Part shown: in pieces, positions 10,526-19,713 of the stretch
How the letters are laid out: the number at the start of each line of letters is the position of its first letter
How positions within the stretch are numbered: the stretch's first letter is position 1
Assembly: GCA_963737635.1 (NCBI GenBank)
Contig: CAVTTL010000001.1
Span: forward strand, 32,001 to 96,000
DNA: 64,000 bases
Direction: 5' to 3'
DNA from: an uncultured Methanoregulaceae archaeon
GTDB lineage: Archaea; Halobacteriota; Methanomicrobia; Methanomicrobiales; Methanospirillaceae
The notes under the pieces: model-generated
Told to the model about the DNA's origin: nothing
Databases searched by the model: none
Seen by the model: only the letters and a program-made list of their open reading frames with translations
Position numbers and translations under genes: made by a program

Positions 10526-11569
10526 TTACCTCATCACAATAAAGGCGTCTCCGTCGCGGAGCACCTGCGCAGTCTCGCCGGCCTGTACTGCATGCCACGG
10601 TCGCTTTGGCACTTCCCGTGTGACCCCCGTTGCCGGGTCAAGGAGCCCCATCATCCCCCCGGAGACATATGCAACAAGCGCCGGTTCGGCATTCCGTGCA
10701 TTGCCGATCCTTCCGACAATCTCCTCTTCCTTTACTGACCGGCTCCTGCCTTCAGTCAGATCGAAGACTCTCAGGTGACGCGTATCCACCTGCTCGATCT
10801 CCGCGTAGGTCCGGCTAAGTTTCACCACGTCATGCCGCTGGTACCGGGGCAATCGTACAAGGTAGGTGATCCTGAAGAGCTGCCTGCCGTTCTTTTCCCC
10901 GACAAGTTTCGGGTGGGTCGTGTACCTCCCGCCCAGCTGCGCCGTGATTCCCTGCACAATCAAAAGACCGATATGCTGGGATCCTACGGTAATATCAAGA
11001 CCGTCCCGGTTCTCGGTCATATCCGATATAAACGAGAGACGCTCCCCGCCGGACTGGAGAGATTCCTCGATCTGGCTTGCAATGGCAGCGGCTTTCTGCA
11101 GCTCAAACGGGCTTGGTGTACGCTCGTCTGCACGAACCTGTACTATTCCCTCATAGTAGCTGCCGGTGATCCGGTTGCACCGGTCGCACTGTTCCTTATG
11201 CCAGGCCAGTTCGACCGTGCAGGATTTTTCTACTGGATGCCCGTACAGGATGCCGGTAATCGTAAGGTCTGCCCGGGACCGGTTGTGACTGAGATCGCGC
11301 ACGGCAACGGCGATCGAGCGTTTTTTCACGTCCTGATGGAAGTGCACTGCACTTCGCGCGAGATCGGGCGCAAGCTCGTTTCGTTCGCGGTTCGTATCCG
11401 TCCATGTATTCACCTGTTTAGTGGCGCCACAACTGGGACAATGGGTGCTCGTTACCCGGGTATCGCATACAACCCACGGCGTATCTGCCACCCGGCAGCT
11501 CGCGCACAACCCGTCCTCATCTGAAGGCCCGCCGCATTTCGGACAGAACCGATCCCTGATGGTTGTCAT
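10526..11569 (-). CDS. nmd3: NMD3 family ribosome-associated protein
   Basis: FCPKCG, CxxC pairs, CDRC and YYEGIVQVR motifs. Confidence 0.9.
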   Translation of the reverse strand: MTTIRDRFCPKCGGPSDEDGLCASCRVADTPWVVCDTRVTSTHCPSCGATKQVNTWTDTNRERNELAPDLARSAVHFHQDVKKRSIAVAVRDLSHNRSRADLTITGILYGHPVEKSCTVELAWHKEQCDRCNRITGSYYEGIVQVRADERTPSPFELQKAAAIASQIEESLQSGGERLSFISDMTENRDGLDITVGSQHIGLLIVQGITAQLGGRYTTHPKLVGEKNGRQLFRITYLVRLPRYQRHDVVKLSRTYAEIEQVDTRHLRVFDLTEGRSRSVKEEEIVGRIGNARNAEPALVAYVSGGMMGLLDPATGVTREVPKRPWHAVQAGETAQVLRDGDAFIVMR

Positions 11570-11859
11570 AGCTGGTAGATCTGGGCATGCGGGACGCTGC
11601 CGATCATGATACATTCACCGCGGGTGATGAGTCCCATCTTTACGGCGACACCGACAGCACGTTCTCCCATGAGATTGATATTGCCACCCTTGCTCAGGGC
11701 CTCGATAACCGCCGCCTCATCCGCGCGCGTGGTTCCGTAAAAGCTTTCGAAGAGAGTGACCTTAAGATCGCCATGGGTTATGGTGGTATTGAGCAGTTCG
11801 TAGTCACAGACCGCAACCACATCACCAATCCCCGGTGAGTGGTGGACTTTAAGAAACAT
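11566..11859 (-). CDS. DUF424 family protein
   Basis: VVAVCDYELL, FYG, NLMGERAV and VPHAQIY motifs. Confidence 0.85.
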   Translation of the reverse strand: MFLKVHHSPGIGDVVAVCDYELLNTTITHGDLKVTLFESFYGTTRADEAAVIEALSKGGNINLMGERAVGVAVKMGLITRGECIMIGSVPHAQIYQL

Positions 11860-11910
11860 CTATCAGCTCTTTGGCGTGTCCACCAGATAAAAGGTGGGAA
11901 GGAAACTGTT

Positions 11911-12738
11911 CTACAACGTAATGCGGACGCCGTAGACCTTCTCCACAGTCTCGCCGTGGATACGCCAGCAGTCATCTTCCGTGATTACCCCCGATTCGAG
12001 CAGTTTTTTGGTAATCCGCGGGACGGATTTGGGACCGGTTACCGCCCCCGGCCGCGAGTTCTCATCCATGAAATCGCTTTCCATGGTAAACGGCCGGTGC
12101 TCCCGGGCAAGGACCGGTATTGCTTCATGCCGGGCGACGAGAGAGGGATGGAGCGGCGTCTCCGGGGAACCGTAATGTTTGACCACGCGCCCGACCTGCA
12201 TTCCTGCAGCTTCGGCCATAGCGGCGATATCGGCGCACGGCCCACTCTCCGCGTGGACCTGGAGAGCGCACCTGTATCCGGCAGCAAGTCCCAGAGCATG
12301 GGTCAACACGTCATTTGATGCAGCCACCACGTCAGGGCTTACGTCATAATGCGGCCGCCCGCTCTTGAGTGCCACCGCACGGCCGTCCCTGATATACCCC
12401 ACGGCACATTCAAGGCCATCTTTCATTATGATTACGGCTTCTGCAAGGGTCATGCGTTCGCTGAGCCTGCTTATCTCGGCAGGATGGATACCAAGAACAG
12501 GAAATACGGACAGTCCGGTCTCCCGTATCAGCCCTGCAATCCGAATGGTCTCGTCAAATACCTTTGCGTAATCGGTGCCGGAAACAGGGGCGATTCCAAG
12601 CGACCAGGAGGGCTTAGAGACAAGAAAGATATGCGTCCCTCCTGCATGCAGGAAATCCTTCGCCGCTTCGACCCCCCGCCCATTCACCGGGTCGAAATGA
12701 ATATGATCGTCAGTGATCGGAAAAAGCCGTGATCTCAT
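11911..12738 (-). CDS. TatD-related metal-dependent hydrolase
   Basis: DDHIH, GIHPAE, GRPHY, QVHAE, KHY and MESDFMD..RPGAV motifs. Confidence 0.88.
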   Translation of the reverse strand: MRSRLFPITDDHIHFDPVNGRGVEAAKDFLHAGGTHIFLVSKPSWSLGIAPVSGTDYAKVFDETIRIAGLIRETGLSVFPVLGIHPAEISRLSERMTLAEAVIIMKDGLECAVGYIRDGRAVALKSGRPHYDVSPDVVAASNDVLTHALGLAAGYRCALQVHAESGPCADIAAMAEAAGMQVGRVVKHYGSPETPLHPSLVARHEAIPVLAREHRPFTMESDFMDENSRPGAVTGPKSVPRITKKLLESGVITEDDCWRIHGETVEKVYGVRITL

Positions 12739-13105
12739 GGCACTCCAGGATTCTCATGAGTGGGTAGCCATTCTCAGCGGCAAGAGCGGCCCGGCAGTAC
12801 GAAAAGCCCACCCGGGTTACGATCTCCGCATCAAACATCAACCCGGAAAGTTCGCTATACCCAAATACATTCTTTTTCATCAGCGAGCGATCGAGTCTCA
12901 CCGTGATCTCCTCGACAAAAGGCTGAAGGATCACGGCTTTCTCGATTGCTGATTCCACGCTTGCCGCCGATTCCTGTGCTATGGGTGTTCCCACCCACTG
13001 GTGGTAGAGTGCCCCGAGTTTGATCCCGGCCTCAAAGATGGCCCGTTCACGATCGGTCGGCTCTTCTTCTGTCTCTGGCTGTCTCATTACGTTCACCCCC
13101 CTCAT
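12710..13105 (-). CDS. mptD: Dihydroneopterin aldolase (archaeal)
   Basis: TDRERAIFEAGIKLGALYHQWVGTP, GYSEL and YPLM motifs. Confidence 0.88.
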   Translation of the reverse strand: MRGVNVMRQPETEEEPTDRERAIFEAGIKLGALYHQWVGTPIAQESAASVESAIEKAVILQPFVEEITVRLDRSLMKKNVFGYSELSGLMFDAEIVTRVGFSYCRAALAAENGYPLMRILECHEITAFSDH

Positions 13106-15212
13106 ATTAACTGGATAATGCCCTGTTTTGGCTCCATTGCCTCGCCATGCCGCAGGAGCATCTCAATACCTTCCCGTACCTTATCGGTAGCAAATCCCCG
13201 CGCAGAAACCGCTTCGATCACCTGCTCGACAGCAGCGCGCCTACCCTCACCGCCAATTTCCCGGATCGCATCCTTGATGACCCGGACTATGTCGCGTTTT
13301 TCCTTCGATATACCGGTCGCCACCTTGTCAATATCAAAGGTGCCGGTCTTTGCGTCGTACGCGATCTGGCGCAGGCAGGCATCGACGATATGGATCACGC
13401 GCTCTGCGTCCCCGGCTTCGATCGTATTCGACAGCCGGATCCGGGCGCTCGCCTCTGCAAGCCTGACCAGTGCCTCGAGCTGCCGGGCAGTCACTGGCAC
13501 TGCCTTATTCGGCTCAGCGATCCCCCTGAGTCTAAGATAGTAACCGACCAGGGCCTCTTTTGCCTCCGCTGAGAGGATAGGAAAACAGGTGCGTTTGGAG
13601 TACGCAACGTACTTCCGGAAGAGTGCAGGTTCGATGTCCGGCATCACCGGCTTGAGCTGCTGGTCGATAAACTCCTGCGTGATTCCGGGAATAGGTGTCT
13701 TCCGGTGCTGGGCAATAAGCTCCCCAATCCCATGCGCCTTGAGAATATGCTCGGCGATCGCGAGATCCCGTTTCTGCTCCGGCTGGTCGGTCATGATGAA
13801 AATCAGGTCAAAGCGCGAGAGAAGCGAAGGAGGCATGTTGATCTGATCGGCAATGTCGCCGTACATGTCGAAGCGCCCGTACTTCGGGTTTGCCGCCCCG
13901 AGAAGGGCGCACCGGGACTTGAGCGTTGCGGTAATCCCGGCCTTTGCGACGCTGATGGACTGTTGTTCCATCGCCTCGTGCAGGGCAGACCGGTCCTCCT
14001 TTTGCATCTTATCCATCTCATCGACCGCGGCAATGCCCATGTCCGCGAGTACAAGAGCCCCCGCTTCCAGCGTCCAGCGCCCTTCCCCAAATTCGTCCTT
14101 GACAGCAGTAGCGGTAAGGCCGGCTGACGTTGATGACTGACCACTCGTATAGATCGCGCGCGGGGAGCACTTTACGATATAGCGCAGCAGCTGGCTTTTT
14201 GCAATACCCGGGTCCCCGATCAAAAGGACATGGATGTCGCCCCGCAGGTGGCTCCCGTCCGGCATCTCTTTTGCGATGCCGCCGAAAAGCTGGAGAGTGA
14301 TCGCTTCCTTGACATCCTCATTGCCGTAAATAGTCGGGGCAATCGAATGGGTGACCATCCGGTAGATCATCGGGTCGGCGGAGAGTTTTTTAATCTCGTC
14401 TTCTGCCTTCTCGTCGATCTCAACCTCTTCGAACTCTTTTTCGGCGATCTCGATCGAGTTGCATTCAAGGAAGATGTCAAAGACGGTACTCTTCTCTCCC
14501 TTCACGATCCGCTGCATGGAACGGAGGATACCGTTGATAATCACGCGGTCTCCCGGTGCGACCATACCGGAGAGATCATCGGTCACATCGATGTCAAGGG
14601 TCTGCGGCTGTTCGCCGCCCCGCAGCCCCTCAGGAGATTCCTGCACCCTGAGTTTCTGGGAATCGACAAATGTGGAGCGTTTGGGGATCATCTCCAGTTT
14701 CTTGAACGTACAGCCGTCGGTTGCGCACCCTTCCGGCTCGATAAACTTGCCGTACTTCTGCGTTTTCTTGGTAAAGTGGCCGCCGGGCACCTGAAAACCG
14801 CTTCCACGATCCGGGGACGCACTTCGGTAGTCTTCCGGAGAATACCCTCGACCGAGAGAAACCGGTTTATATCGTCAGACCTGATCTCGCGGATAGCGGT
14901 CTTCTGAGGGAGGTTGGTAAAACGGATATTGACGCCTTTTGGCTCTTTGCCATCCTTGGTCCGGATCAGCTGGTTGTTTTTGATTGCGTCCCAGACATCC
15001 TCGAGCACCTTTCCGGGGTTCTCTAAGAGTTCATCGGCGAGCGTGATGCCCACCTTACCGAACCGTTCGATCTGCCGGTAATCAATCAAAAGTGAGCGCT
15101 TGTGCGGGTAGAGACGTGAGATCTCGCCAAGCTCTTTCTTGTACCGGCTTTTAAGGAACTTTCCCCAGTCGTCGGCCCGGTCTCCCTGGTGCAGTTCGGG
15201 TGCTTTTTCCAT
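13102..15212 (-). CDS. mcm: MCM replicative helicase (frameshift at ~14783, almost certainly sequencing error)
   Basis: N-terminal ORF (EGILRKTTEVRP..VFRC) continues into an ORF with GDPGIAKSQ, VDEMDKM, SRFD and TARQLEALVR. Confidence 0.95.
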
Positions 15213-15220
15213 GGTTCCTC

Positions 15221-16189
15221 TCACCGGTTCTTCGTGCTCGCCAGAACGAACCGCGCAATCAGCGCCTCCATCTGGATGTCGCTGCTTGCCCCTTCCGAGA
15301 GCCGGAAATCGGTCTCCCCAAGGGCATCGATCAGTTCCACTTTAAGTGTCCGGTCCATCACGCGTTTTATGAGGGCACGGTAACACTGGTTGATCAGTTC
15401 GTTCGGCGAGATCCCCCGCTCACGCAGCAGGTGCGTAAGGAGAGATTCAGCCCCATCAAAATCACATTCCAGCGCTCGTTTCAGGAGATCCTCGATCTCG
15501 TCCGGCCGGGCATTGGAGGTGATTGCATAAACCCTAGAAGATTCGATCGTCGTACTAATGATTGCGGCACCCTGCAGGGCATTGATAGCTTTCCTCATAT
15601 CGCCCTGCGCGATGTAGACTATCGCATCCATTGCATCGGGTGTCACCATCAGGTGTTCCTTTGCCGCGATCTTCGCGATCTCCTCTTTTATTGCGTCAGG
15701 TGCGAGCGGCCGGAACCGGTAGATCGCACACCGGCTCTGGATGGGGTCGATGATCTTCGACGAGTAATTACAAGAGAGGATAAACCGGCAGGTTCTTGCG
15801 TAGCTTTCCATAGTCCTGCGCAGCGCAGCCTGGGCGTCAGTCGTAAGCGCATCGGCCTCGTCCAGGAACAGGATCTTGAATGCCGCGTCCTCGGCAGGCC
15901 GGGTCCGGGCAAACTCCTTGATCTGGTTGCGCACCACATCGATACCCCGTTCATCGGACGCATTGAGTTCGCGGAAATTCATCTGCCACGAAGAACCGAA
16001 AAACTCCCGGGCAAGAGTACCCGCGGCAGTCGTTTTCCCTACCCCTGCGCTCCCGGTAAAAAGGAGATGGGGAAGGTTTCCCGATTTTACATAGGATGAG
16101 AGCCGTTCGACAATATCGTCCTGCCCGACAATATCGGCGAGTCTTGCCGGCCGGTATTTTTCTATCCAGATGGTGTGGGTCTCATCCAT
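15221..16189 (-). CDS. rfcS: Replication factor C small subunit
   Basis: [29 protein letters not shown] and SRC motifs. Confidence 0.95.
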   Translation of the reverse strand: MDETHTIWIEKYRPARLADIVGQDDIVERLSSYVKSGNLPHLLFTGSAGVGKTTAAGTLAREFFGSSWQMNFRELNASDERGIDVVRNQIKEFARTRPAEDAAFKILFLDEADALTTDAQAALRRTMESYARTCRFILSCNYSSKIIDPIQSRCAIYRFRPLAPDAIKEEIAKIAAKEHLMVTPDAMDAIVYIAQGDMRKAINALQGAAIISTTIESSRVYAITSNARPDEIEDLLKRALECDFDGAESLLTHLLRERGISPNELINQCYRALIKRVMDRTLKVELIDALGETDFRLSEGASSDIQMEALIARFVLASTKNR

Positions 16190-16346
16190 GCGCATCAACC
16201 TGTGTTTAGATTGTCTTTTGGGTATGTTTGATTTTCCTGCCAAAAAATCCGGGCTGCCGGGTTGTATTCCCCAGCTCCAAAAAGATCCGGTAAGCAATCA
16301 CTAAAATGTCATAATCTTTATCATAAGCGTTTTGAAATTACTTTCC

Positions 16347-17360
16347 ATGCTACCAAACCGAATTTCCCTTGTTTTTCTCCTGCTTGTATTTCTTATCATG
16401 GGTCCTGTCCACGCAAGCCTGGCAAAGGTCGCTCCCAATGCACCGATATTTATTGGTGAACAAAATATCGACATCTCGGCGTGCCTGAACGGGCATACGG
16501 TAATCGCATGGTGGCCGGCAGGCGCGGATCTGAGCACTAATCCATCCCAAACCATAACGATCTCCGGAAGTCCCACCTCGTTTTATGTCGATCCTGCCCT
16601 TTTTACCGGCTATACCGGCACCTGGTATTCCCACGATGCAAAACCGGACATTCCGGTCTTTGTCGTGTACCAGCCTCAGTTCAACCTCTCGATCTGGGAT
16701 GTAGACACGAATACGGATATCACCGGCCAATCGGTCCCGATGTCCACGAATATCACCTACCGGATCGATACAAACCTGTACATGGCGTTCAACTATACGT
16801 TACGCCCGAATGCCAATCCTACAGACACCTTCTACACGGTTACTCTTACCTCACCATTAGGTGCAAGTATCACACAGATCCTGACCGGAAATATCGGGAA
16901 CTCAAAAACCCAGTTCCTCCCGTTTGACGGCAATCCGACGATCACATCCTCACCGTACTTTTGGAAAAACGGGCAGGCATGGGACCATACTGCCATAGGC
17001 GCTGACGGTAACAGCATCTATCCGGCAGGCACCTATACGTTCGTCGCTTCGCAGAACCTTAACGGCATGAGTGGCAGTTATAGTGGTGCTGCCGCTGTCG
17101 GTAACGTGACCAGCGGGAACAGAACGATCACCTTTGTCGGCGCTGCCTACCCCACGCAAACAACGGTCGTGCCGAGTCTGACGGCGCCAACAATGACGAC
17201 AACAGAGGTCAAAACGGTGCAGACACCTGCTCAGGCAACCGTGCAACAAACGGCAACGGTCATACCTAAAAAGACGACCTATTCCCCGCTGCCTGAAGGA
17301 ATTGCGGTCATGAGCGTCGGCATTGCGGCGTTGATTCTTGCAACGAGACGGAAGTATTAA
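16347..17360 (+). CDS. DUF3821-like secreted surface protein with C-terminal sorting/TM anchor
   Basis: Signal peptide, IFIGEQNIDIS, Thr-rich linker, YSPL + TM helix + RRKY tail. Confidence 0.75.
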   Translation: MLPNRISLVFLLLVFLIMGPVHASLAKVAPNAPIFIGEQNIDISACLNGHTVIAWWPAGADLSTNPSQTITISGSPTSFYVDPALFTGYTGTWYSHDAKPDIPVFVVYQPQFNLSIWDVDTNTDITGQSVPMSTNITYRIDTNLYMAFNYTLRPNANPTDTFYTVTLTSPLGASITQILTGNIGNSKTQFLPFDGNPTITSSPYFWKNGQAWDHTAIGADGNSIYPAGTYTFVASQNLNGMSGSYSGAAAVGNVTSGNRTITFVGAAYPTQTTVVPSLTAPTMTTTEVKTVQTPAQATVQQTATVIPKKTTYSPLPEGIAVMSVGIAALILATRRKY

Positions 17361-17386
17361 TCTTCAAAATCTCCTCTTTTTAACAG

Positions 17387-17919
17387 ATGAGTAAGAACAA
17401 AACCAAAAGCCGGAAACCTGACCGGAGAAAAAGAGGATCTCACGAAAAATCGTTATTGCGATCTGTGCCGTGCTTCTTGTCTGCATTGTTGCAACTGCGG
17501 GTTTCCTTCTTATAAGACAGGGCCCTCTTTCCCCGGCACCAGCGGGTAATGCCACGAACCCTGTTAACACCGCGGGAGAATATTATTGCATGAGCGTTGA
17601 CCTCGCATACGCCGGGAATTATAGTGAAGCACTTCGGGACGCCGATTTTGCCCTCGCACAAAATGTGAGTTCGCTGACTCCCATCATCCAGTCGAATCGT
17701 GCAGGAATCCTTGTGGAACTTGGCCGCTACAATGATGCGATAGACGCAGCGGATGTAGCTATTAACGCCAACGGGAACCTGACAACCCTGAAAACTATTG
17801 CATGGTACTGGAAGGCACGCGCACTTCAGGAACTAAACATGACGTCAGAGGCAACAGCCGCTTTTGCCAATGCATCGGCCCTCGATCCGATCCACAAGAT
17901 TATTCCCGACCATTTATAG
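17387..17919 (+). CDS. Membrane-anchored TPR protein (probable frameshift near 17420; otherwise starts at 17470)
   Basis: N-terminal TM helix, TPR-like repeats (ELGRYNDAIDA, AWYWKARAL...ALDP). Confidence 0.7.
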
Positions 17920-18157
17920 TGAATGGGGCCAACGACATGGCACATACATCCGGAGATATGTCTCCGGGTGATCCATCGCCTGTCCTTTTTTCCCTGATTC
18001 TGCCGGCTTTCATAAAAACATCAGATAATGAACGAGTGCTGTACCATTGTTGAGAATCCCTCTATCGCGTGCGGCACCGGCCCTGTTTGTCCATCTTCGG
18101 CCGTTTATCAACGCCTATACCTTGAATACCTCTCTTTTGTAAGTACTACTCACAACC

Positions 18158-18931
18158 ATGGAAGGTGCAGCCCGCGTTTTTGCCGGAGATTTTGCCGGCT
18201 CGACCCTTACCGAGCCCGATGAAAACTCAGGAAGTACGGCATGGGTAGTGACCCCGGGCGGGACATGGTGCCGATCGGTCTACCTGTGCGGGGTACTTAC
18301 CGAAGTTAACGAGATCGCAGATGTCCTATACTGTCGGCTCGCCGATCCAACCGGTGCATTCGACCTTGTCGCAGGGACCAAGCGGGGACCGGTCGCGGAA
18401 CAGATCCGTGGCCTCCCGGTCCCGTCCTTTGTAGCCGTTACGGGTACAGCCCGGCTGGACCGGAAGAACGGGGGCTGGGCGATGTGGGTCAGGCCTGAAT
18501 ATATCCAGGAAATCGACAAGGCAAGCCGCGACCGGTGGATCATTTCGACTGCGGATATGACCATTGCCCGGCTTGAACTGCTCCTTGCAGCCCTTGAAGG
18601 ACAATCAGACGATGAACGGGCACACCGCGTTGTCCGACACTACGGTCTTACCCGGGCAGGGATCCGATCTATGGTCGCGATGATCGAGGGTGCGCTTGCC
18701 GGCGTCCGTACTATTCCGGAAGCACCGCCGGTTGCTGAAACCGATATAAGCGGAACGATCATGGAGATTATCAGCACAAAAAGCGGCCCCCGGGGTGTGG
18801 CCGTACAGGACGTTATCGATGAAGCGGCTTGCCGAGGGTATACCCAGGCAGCAGTTCTCACCGCTATCGAAACCCTCATCACCAACGACGATTGTTACCA
18901 ACCCCAGAAAGGATATGTAAAACCGTTATGA
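18158..18931 (+). CDS. RPA-like OB-fold nucleic-acid-binding protein with C-terminal winged helix
   Basis: ARVFAGDF, VYLCGVLTE, RLADPTGAF, VRPE and terminal CYQPQKG motifs. Confidence 0.7.
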   Translation: MEGAARVFAGDFAGSTLTEPDENSGSTAWVVTPGGTWCRSVYLCGVLTEVNEIADVLYCRLADPTGAFDLVAGTKRGPVAEQIRGLPVPSFVAVTGTARLDRKNGGWAMWVRPEYIQEIDKASRDRWIISTADMTIARLELLLAALEGQSDDERAHRVVRHYGLTRAGIRSMVAMIEGALAGVRTIPEAPPVAETDISGTIMEIISTKSGPRGVAVQDVIDEAACRGYTQAAVLTAIETLITNDDCYQPQKGYVKPL

Positions 18932-19713
18932 GAATGGAGTTTATCAGGGACGGCCCGGCGCTTATAATAGAGAACACCGAGCGGCTGCTCATCGTTGCCG
19001 ATCTCCATTTCGGGATTGAAGCCGATCTGGCTGCACACGGTATGCATTTCCGGAGCCACAGCACCCAACGGCTCGCCCGGCTTATGCAGACCCTGGAGGC
19101 AACAAAGCCGGACCGGCTTGTCCTCCTTGGTGACGTCAAACACAGCATCCCTTCGCTCACCAGGCAGGAATGGGCGGAGATCCCAGGAATCCTCGATACC
19201 ATCCGGCACCGGATCCCGATCCTTGTCTTCCCGGGAAACCACGATATCGGTATCGAGCGGTTTCTTCTCAAAGGCGAGCTCCAGCCAAAAGAGGGGGCGG
19301 TCATTGACGGCGTTGCGTATTTCCACGGCCATACCTACCCTGCCCCGGAGCTTGGCGGCCATCTCCTCGTCACCGGTCATCACCACCCGCAGGTCAGCCT
19401 GCACGATCAGGTAGGGTGCTCTCTCCAGGCTCCGGCATATTTGCGGGCGACCATTGACGCAGCGGCGCTCGGCCTCAAAACACCGGAAGAAAACAGTACT
19501 CCCCGGGCCCTGTTCGTGCCCGCGTTCAACGAGATTGCCGGCTACGATATCGTCCGGATCGCCCGCGATCCTTTCTCGCCCATCTCCCGGTGCATGAAGA
19601 TGGAGGATGCCGAGGTCATCCTTGCCGATGGTTCATACATAGGGCCGCTTTCATTGCTGCTCGAAGACGATAATACGGACGAGAGACCGGGGAAGGGTCG
19701 CCATGGTGCTTGA
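18928..19713 (+). CDS. Metallophosphoesterase (Lhr-associated type)
   Basis: ADLHFG, LGDVKH, GNHD, HGH, GHHHP and PAFN motifs; ATGA overlap with the upstream gene. Confidence 0.88.
   Translation: MRMEFIRDGPALIIENTERLLIVADLHFGIEADLAAHGMHFRSHSTQRLARLMQTLEATKPDRLVLLGDVKHSIPSLTRQEWAEIPGILDTIRHRIPILVFPGNHDIGIERFLLKGELQPKEGAVIDGVAYFHGHTYPAPELGGHLLVTGHHHPQVSLHDQVGCSLQAPAYLRATIDAAALGLKTPEENSTPRALFVPAFNEIAGYDIVRIARDPFSPISRCMKMEDAEVILADGSYIGPLSLLLEDDNTDERPGKGRHGA

Noticed and set aside
8594-10778. Long antisense ORFs (370 and 372 aa) and similar shadow ORFs elsewhere
   Set aside because: They lie opposite well-supported genes in GC-rich coding DNA and have no recognisable motifs.
13102-15212. Split MCM or programmed frameshifting (also considered for gltB, sixA and the acyl-CoA synthetase)
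   Set aside because: No slippery heptamer or stimulatory structure is evident, and there are too many single-base disruptions in unrelated and essential genes. Assembly error explains them.
5804-16189. Two RFC small subunits as a novelty
   Set aside because: RFC with two distinct small subunits is already described in Methanomicrobia.
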